DNA from: an uncultured Fibrobacterota bacterium
Lineage (GTDB): Bacteria; Fibrobacterota; CAYVZU01
Assembly (NCBI GenBank): GCA_964455935.1
Contig: CAYVZU010000004.1
Span: 3,695-67,694, forward strand
DNA length: 64,000 nt
Reading direction: 5' to 3'
Each line of letters begins with the position of its first letter. The first letter of the stretch is position 1. Positions 59,710 to 64,000 of the stretch are shown one piece after another. The notes under the pieces were generated by a model that searched no databases, was not told the origin of the DNA, and saw nothing but the letters and a program-made list of their open reading frames with translations. Made by a program: the position numbers and the translations under genes.

Positions 59710-62700
59710 ATGCAAACAGTAGCCACAAAGAGCCTGCGCGATTTTGTTCTGGATCTGGACCAGGGCGAACTGGAACCCATCCTTTCCGCGCCCGGCCAGG
59801 AACCGGTTCTTGTGGAAGGCCTGGCAGCATCGGCCCCGACATTCCTGATCGCCCGTGCATTTCTCCAGCAGAAAAAATCGATCCTTGTCCTGTGCCAATT
59901 CCCCAAGACGGCCGAAGCGTTGCAGTCGGACCTGGAAGGCTTTTTGGGCGAGGACCAGGTCCGGTTCTTTCCGCACCGCGAAGGCAGCATCTACGACGGC
60001 CATTCGCCCTTTGGCCATACCAGCGAGCTGCGTTTCCAAACCCTGGAATCCCTGCTGCGCAAAGAGCCTTGCGTGGTCATTGCCACCGTGCAGGCCTTCA
60101 TGCAGAAGATCGTGCCGCCCCGGGAGCTCCTTCACAATATTCTCCGGCTCGAAGTGGGCCAGGAGTTCGATCTGCGCGACCTGCGCTCTTCCTTGGTGCA
60201 AATGGGATTTGCCCACGCGCCGGTGGTGGAGGAGATCGGCCAGTTCAGCGTGCGCGGCGGAATCGTGGACATCTTCCCCTATTTGGCGGACCAACCGCTG
60301 CGTGTCGAGTTCTGGGGTGACGAGATTGAATCGATCCGCAAGTTCGACATTTTTTCCCAGCGCTCGCTGGACCGCCTGGAAATCGCGCAGATCTTTCCGC
60401 TGCAGGAATTTATGCTGGATGAGGACGAGCGTAGGGCCGGCCTGGACGCCATGGCTGCGGAACCCGATGCAGGCGACGCGATCAAGAATTTGGAGCGAAA
60501 GCTTTTATCGCAGTCCCGGGATTCGGGTCTGGAATGGTACGCGGGCTGGTTCAAACGCAACTTCGCTTCGATCCTCGATTACCTGCCCCAGCCGGGCCTG
60601 GTCTTTGAAGTGGAATCGAACCTGGACTGGCGGCAGCGCCATAACGAACTGGCGCGGCTCTATGCGCAGTGCCATGCCAAAGCGCGCTCGCACGGGATGC
60701 CGCTCTTTTCCCCTCCCGACCAATTGCTGTGGAACATTCCTGAGCTGGAGGAAAAGCTGCGGCTCCATAGCAACACGCGGTTTGGCTATTTCGCGGGGAC
60801 AAGTCCCGCGGTGCGTTTCACCGTCAAAGAGCAGCCGCGGTATTTGGCGGCGGTGGCTTCGTTTGTCGAGGACTTCAAGGTTTTGCATGCCAATGGCTTT
60901 TCGGTCCATGTCCTGTGCGACAACCGGGCACAAGCCGAACGCCTCGAGGAGCTGCTGGGCGACGATGCGGTCTGGGTGCAGTTGCTCATCGGCACCATTA
61001 CCCAGGGCTTCCTGATCGAGGAGTGGAAGCTGGCCCTTTACACCGATCATCAGATCTTCAGCCGTTATAGCCGCAAAATTAAGTACCGGCGCTACAAGGG
61101 CGGAGTCTCCATTCCCAGCTTCGAGGCCCTCACGCCGGGCGACTACGTGGTTCATGCGGATCACGGCATAGGCCGGTTCACGGGAATCGAACGGGTCTCC
61201 ACCGGTGACGGCCACCGCGACTGCATGGTCCTGGTCTATGCCGAGGGCAACAAGCTTTTTGTGCCGGTCGAATCCTTCGACCGTATTCAGAAATACGTAG
61301 GCAAGGACGCCACGCCCCCGACGCTTTCGCACCTGGGCACCAAGGCCTGGGAAAAGCTGAAGGAGCGCGCCAAGCAAGTAATCGCAGCAATGGCGCGCGA
61401 GCTGCTTGAACTCTATGCAAAACGCAAATTCCAACCCGGATATGCCTTCGGCCCCGATACGCACTGGCAAAAGGAGTTTGAGGACGCGTTCATCTACGAA
61501 GAGACCGCCGATCAGGTCAAGGCCATCGCCGAGGTCAAAATGGATATGGAGAAGCCGCATCCCATGGACCGGCTCATCGCCGGCGACGTGGGTTTCGGCA
61601 AGACCGAGGTGGCCATGCGCGCGGCGTTTAAGTGCGTCATGGAGGGAAAGCAGACGGCCGTGCTTGTTCCCACCACGATTCTTGCGGCCCAGCACCTGCA
61701 AACCTTCCGGGAGCGCATGGCCGACTTTCCCGTAAAGATCGAAATGCTGAGCCGCTTTGTGGGGCCCAAGGAGCAAAAGCGGGTTGTCGCCCGGATCGCC
61801 CAGGGGGACACCAACATCGTCATCGGTACGCACCGGCTGCTGTCCAAAGACATCCGCTTCAAAGACCTGGGCACATTGATCGTGGATGAGGAGCACCGAT
61901 TCGGCGTGCGGCACAAAGAGAAAATCAAACAGATCAGAAGCAATGTGGACGTCATTTCCATGACCGCCACGCCCATCCCGCGAACGCTCCATATGTCAAT
62001 GATGGGCGTGCGCGACGTGTCGCTCATCAACACCCCGCCCCTCAACCGGCTGCCGGTCCAGACCCGCGTAACCGAATACAACGAAGAGATTATCGCCGAA
62101 GCCATTCAGCACGAACTGTCGCGCCAGGGCCAGGTGTATTTCGTATATAACCGCGTTGCCACAATTGAGGAGGCGGCGCAGCTGGTCGAGCGGCTGGTAC
62201 CGGGGGCGCGGGTGGCAACAGCCCACGGCCAAATGGAGGAAGACGATCTCGAAACGATCATGGACAGCTTCATGCGGGGGCAGTTCGATGTGCTGGTCTC
62301 GACCGTGATCATCGAATCCGGTCTCGACATCCCCAACGTCAACACGCTGATCGTCAACCGCGCCGATACCTTTGGTCTGGCCCAGCTATATCAATTGAGG
62401 GGTCGCGTGGGCCGCTCGTCGGTTCAAGCCTATGCGTATCTGCTCACCCCTCCCCCTTCGCTGATCCGCGACGACGCGCTGCGCCGGCTGAAGGCCCTGG
62501 AGCAGTTTACCGATCTGGGTTCCGGATTTCAGATCGCCATGCGCGATCTAGAGATTCGCGGGGCCGGCAACATCCTGGGCACCGAGCAGCACGGCTTCAT
62601 CGCGGCTGTCGGCTTCGAAATGTATATGCGGCTCCTCAAAGAGACCATGCAGGAGATCAAGGGCGAGGGCCCCGCTATTACCGTCCAGCCCAAGATGGAT

Positions 62701-63207
62701 ATCGATGTCGAGGCCTTCCTGCCCGAAACCTACATCGAGGACCGCGAGCAGCGCGTGGCTTTGTATCAGAAGATTTCGCAGGCCGAGAACCTGGAGAGCC
62801 TGCACCAGATGACCGGAGAACTAAGCGATCGGTTTGGCGAATTGCCCAGGGAAGCGCGCTCGCTTCTGGCGATTATGTCCATGAAACTCGTGGCCCGGCA
62901 GCTTTACTTTGGCCGCGTGGCCATTGGCTTCGACCGGCTTCTGCTGGAGTTTGCCAAAGAATACGAGCCCGAGCAGAAAAAACTGGGGATTCTCGTCGAG
63001 CGCATCGGCCGGCCCTTCGAATTCCTCTATGAGAAGCCTCTCAAGATCAGCGTCGAACTCTCCGAGACCGATCCCTACCTGAAGTTGCAGCAGGCCAAGC
63101 GGGTCATGGAAGCCTTGTCGCCCGAGAAAACAGGAGAGAAAAAGGGCGAGGCCGAAACCGGAGCCGCGGTCAAAGCCGATGCTGAATCAGGCACGGCGGA
63201 AAGATAG
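59710..63207 (+). CDS. mfd: Transcription-repair coupling factor
   Basis: A 1166-aa protein with a UvrB-homology N-terminus, an RNAP-interaction domain, superfamily-2 helicase motifs (GDVGFGKTEVAMRAA, DEEHRFG, TATPIPRTL) and a TRCF C-terminus. ATG 59710 is chosen within the longer track ORF. Confidence 0.9.
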   Translation: MQTVATKSLRDFVLDLDQGELEPILSAPGQEPVLVEGLAASAPTFLIARAFLQQKKSILVLCQFPKTAEALQSDLEGFLGEDQVRFFPHREGSIYDGHSPFGHTSELRFQTLESLLRKEPCVVIATVQAFMQKIVPPRELLHNILRLEVGQEFDLRDLRSSLVQMGFAHAPVVEEIGQFSVRGGIVDIFPYLADQPLRVEFWGDEIESIRKFDIFSQRSLDRLEIAQIFPLQEFMLDEDERRAGLDAMAAEPDAGDAIKNLERKLLSQSRDSGLEWYAGWFKRNFASILDYLPQPGLVFEVESNLDWRQRHNELARLYAQCHAKARSHGMPLFSPPDQLLWNIPELEEKLRLHSNTRFGYFAGTSPAVRFTVKEQPRYLAAVASFVEDFKVLHANGFSVHVLCDNRAQAERLEELLGDDAVWVQLLIGTITQGFLIEEWKLALYTDHQIFSRYSRKIKYRRYKGGVSIPSFEALTPGDYVVHADHGIGRFTGIERVSTGDGHRDCMVLVYAEGNKLFVPVESFDRIQKYVGKDATPPTLSHLGTKAWEKLKERAKQVIAAMARELLELYAKRKFQPGYAFGPDTHWQKEFEDAFIYEETADQVKAIAEVKMDMEKPHPMDRLIAGDVGFGKTEVAMRAAFKCVMEGKQTAVLVPTTILAAQHLQTFRERMADFPVKIEMLSRFVGPKEQKRVVARIAQGDTNIVIGTHRLLSKDIRFKDLGTLIVDEEHRFGVRHKEKIKQIRSNVDVISMTATPIPRTLHMSMMGVRDVSLINTPPLNRLPVQTRVTEYNEEIIAEAIQHELSRQGQVYFVYNRVATIEEAAQLVERLVPGARVATAHGQMEEDDLETIMDSFMRGQFDVLVSTVIIESGLDIPNVNTLIVNRADTFGLAQLYQLRGRVGRSSVQAYAYLLTPPPSLIRDDALRRLKALEQFTDLGSGFQIAMRDLEIRGAGNILGTEQHGFIAAVGFEMYMRLLKETMQEIKGEGPAITVQPKMDIDVEAFLPETYIEDREQRVALYQKISQAENLESLHQMTGELSDRFGELPREARSLLAIMSMKLVARQLYFGRVAIGFDRLLLEFAKEYEPEQKKLGILVERIGRPFEFLYEKPLKISVELSETDPYLKLQQAKRVMEALSPEKTGEKKGEAETGAAVKADAESGTAER

Positions 63208-64000
63208 AGTCATTGCCTAAGCTGCCCGGTACCGATAAATCGTAGTGCCTGAAAGGCATTTGACGTAGCCCGGAGCGCAGCGGCTCACCAAGGAGTTCGA
63301 AACACCTTTGACGCATTAGGCTTTAGGTTATTGATTTCTGAAGATTGAGCATTCTAACTGTCAGCTCTGCGACATGTTGCTGGAGAGGGTACGCTGCCGC
63401 GGTGAACACCCAATGCAGCATAATTATAGTTTGGCGTTCAGTATGCCTCGCCAAAAATCTGGCAATATCTTGATTACTATAATCTTTCAAAACCTTCAGC
63501 AATGTTGGACATATCCGATACCGGCGAGCGACGAATTTGATCCGCGGGCCAAAGTCACGAGAAAATGAGTCGCCAGCACTGACTTTGTAGATCTCCAGGC
63601 TCAGCTCCAAAGCTTTTTTGCCAAATGAAAAGATCCCTCAAATCGTTAAACTTTCTTAGCATCTGCACTCCTTCACATTTGCACTGTTTGCACTTCAACC
63701 TAAAATCCGCAGTTGCATGCGGCGCACAACACGCAATCTCTTGCGCATCAAGGGCTTCAGGCTTCTTGCTCATATCACATTGCTGATATGCGCCGCGAAC
63801 CCTTTAACCCTTGCTTCATCAAAATCTTGCGGTTCTGCATTCACAGCCAACCGAGGATTTGAATTGGTTCGCAATTTGCCTTTTGGCGTCCCCGCGGGGA
63901 AAGAGGGGGCCGGACGCCGACCATCGGCGCCCGGCAGGGGGGACAGCTTTATTTGATCGTCAACATTCTCGCTCTCGAAGGAGCATTGGAAATCAAACGG

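Noticed and set aside
63250-63330. tRNA-like T-loop sequence GGAGTTCGAAACACC
   Set aside because: No acceptor stem, D-arm or anticodon arm can be paired around it, so there is no cloverleaf.
63323-63610. 95-aa minus-strand ORF in the low-GC tail
   Set aside because: It has no signal, no domain, no RBS and no recognisable family, so I cannot support it as a gene.

Overview
This is a 64-kb, high-GC (~60%) chromosomal segment from a diderm bacterium. It is gene-dense, has no rRNA, tRNA, CRISPR array, transposase or integrase, and carries many GTG/TTG starts and ATGA start/stop overlaps. Five secreted proteins carry T9SS-type (Por/FlgD-Ig-like) C-terminal sorting domains; this points to an FCB-superphylum-like or candidate-phylum lineage, but the phylum cannot be fixed from this window.

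Content in order:
(1) Minus-strand operon: OFA-family MFS (oxalate/formate antiporter family) transporter plus an FdsGBA-type soluble formate dehydrogenase. Its NuoF-like subunit is fused to an N-terminal Trx-like [2Fe-2S] domain and a C-terminal GltD/NfnB-like module. A perfect CRP-consensus site sits in the AT-rich upstream region.
(2) A long minus-strand operon. Gene order 5' to 3': a previously hidden small HTH/Cys-rich regulator, a DUF2271 protein, a multiheme cytochrome c lipoprotein, a DUF4266 lipoprotein, a DUF3570 outer-membrane barrel, and System II cytochrome c maturation (resA-ccdA-ccsB-ccsA). This is a candidate outer-membrane electron-conduit-like system.
(3) A divergent ECF transporter cbiM(PDGLE)-cbiQ-cbiO.
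(4) A non-canonical T2SS/T4P-like cluster: secretin, GspL-like, GspM/PilO-PilP-like, GspK/PilX-like and two pseudopilins. The GspE/GspF pair lies 23 kb away, embedded among genes for secreted T9SS-tail proteins.
(5) gdhA, a LysR regulator, trkHA, an envelope glycosylation cluster (flippase-like protein, YfhO, RmlD-like, two GT2), a HAD hydrolase, an MBL hydrolase, uvrA, an Fe-ADH and a GH130 protein.
(6) A block of secreted glycan-active proteins (two paralogs flanking a tandem alpha/beta-hydrolase esterase) with a divergent regulator that has an N-terminal AraC HTH.
(7) mfd, then a lower-GC tail.

Also seen: two gene remnants (Ycf48/BNR-like and HIT-like) and two copies of a nested-palindrome intergenic repeat flanking the HAD-MBL-uvrA region.

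Coordinates derived by counting bases in the printed sequence may be off by 1.
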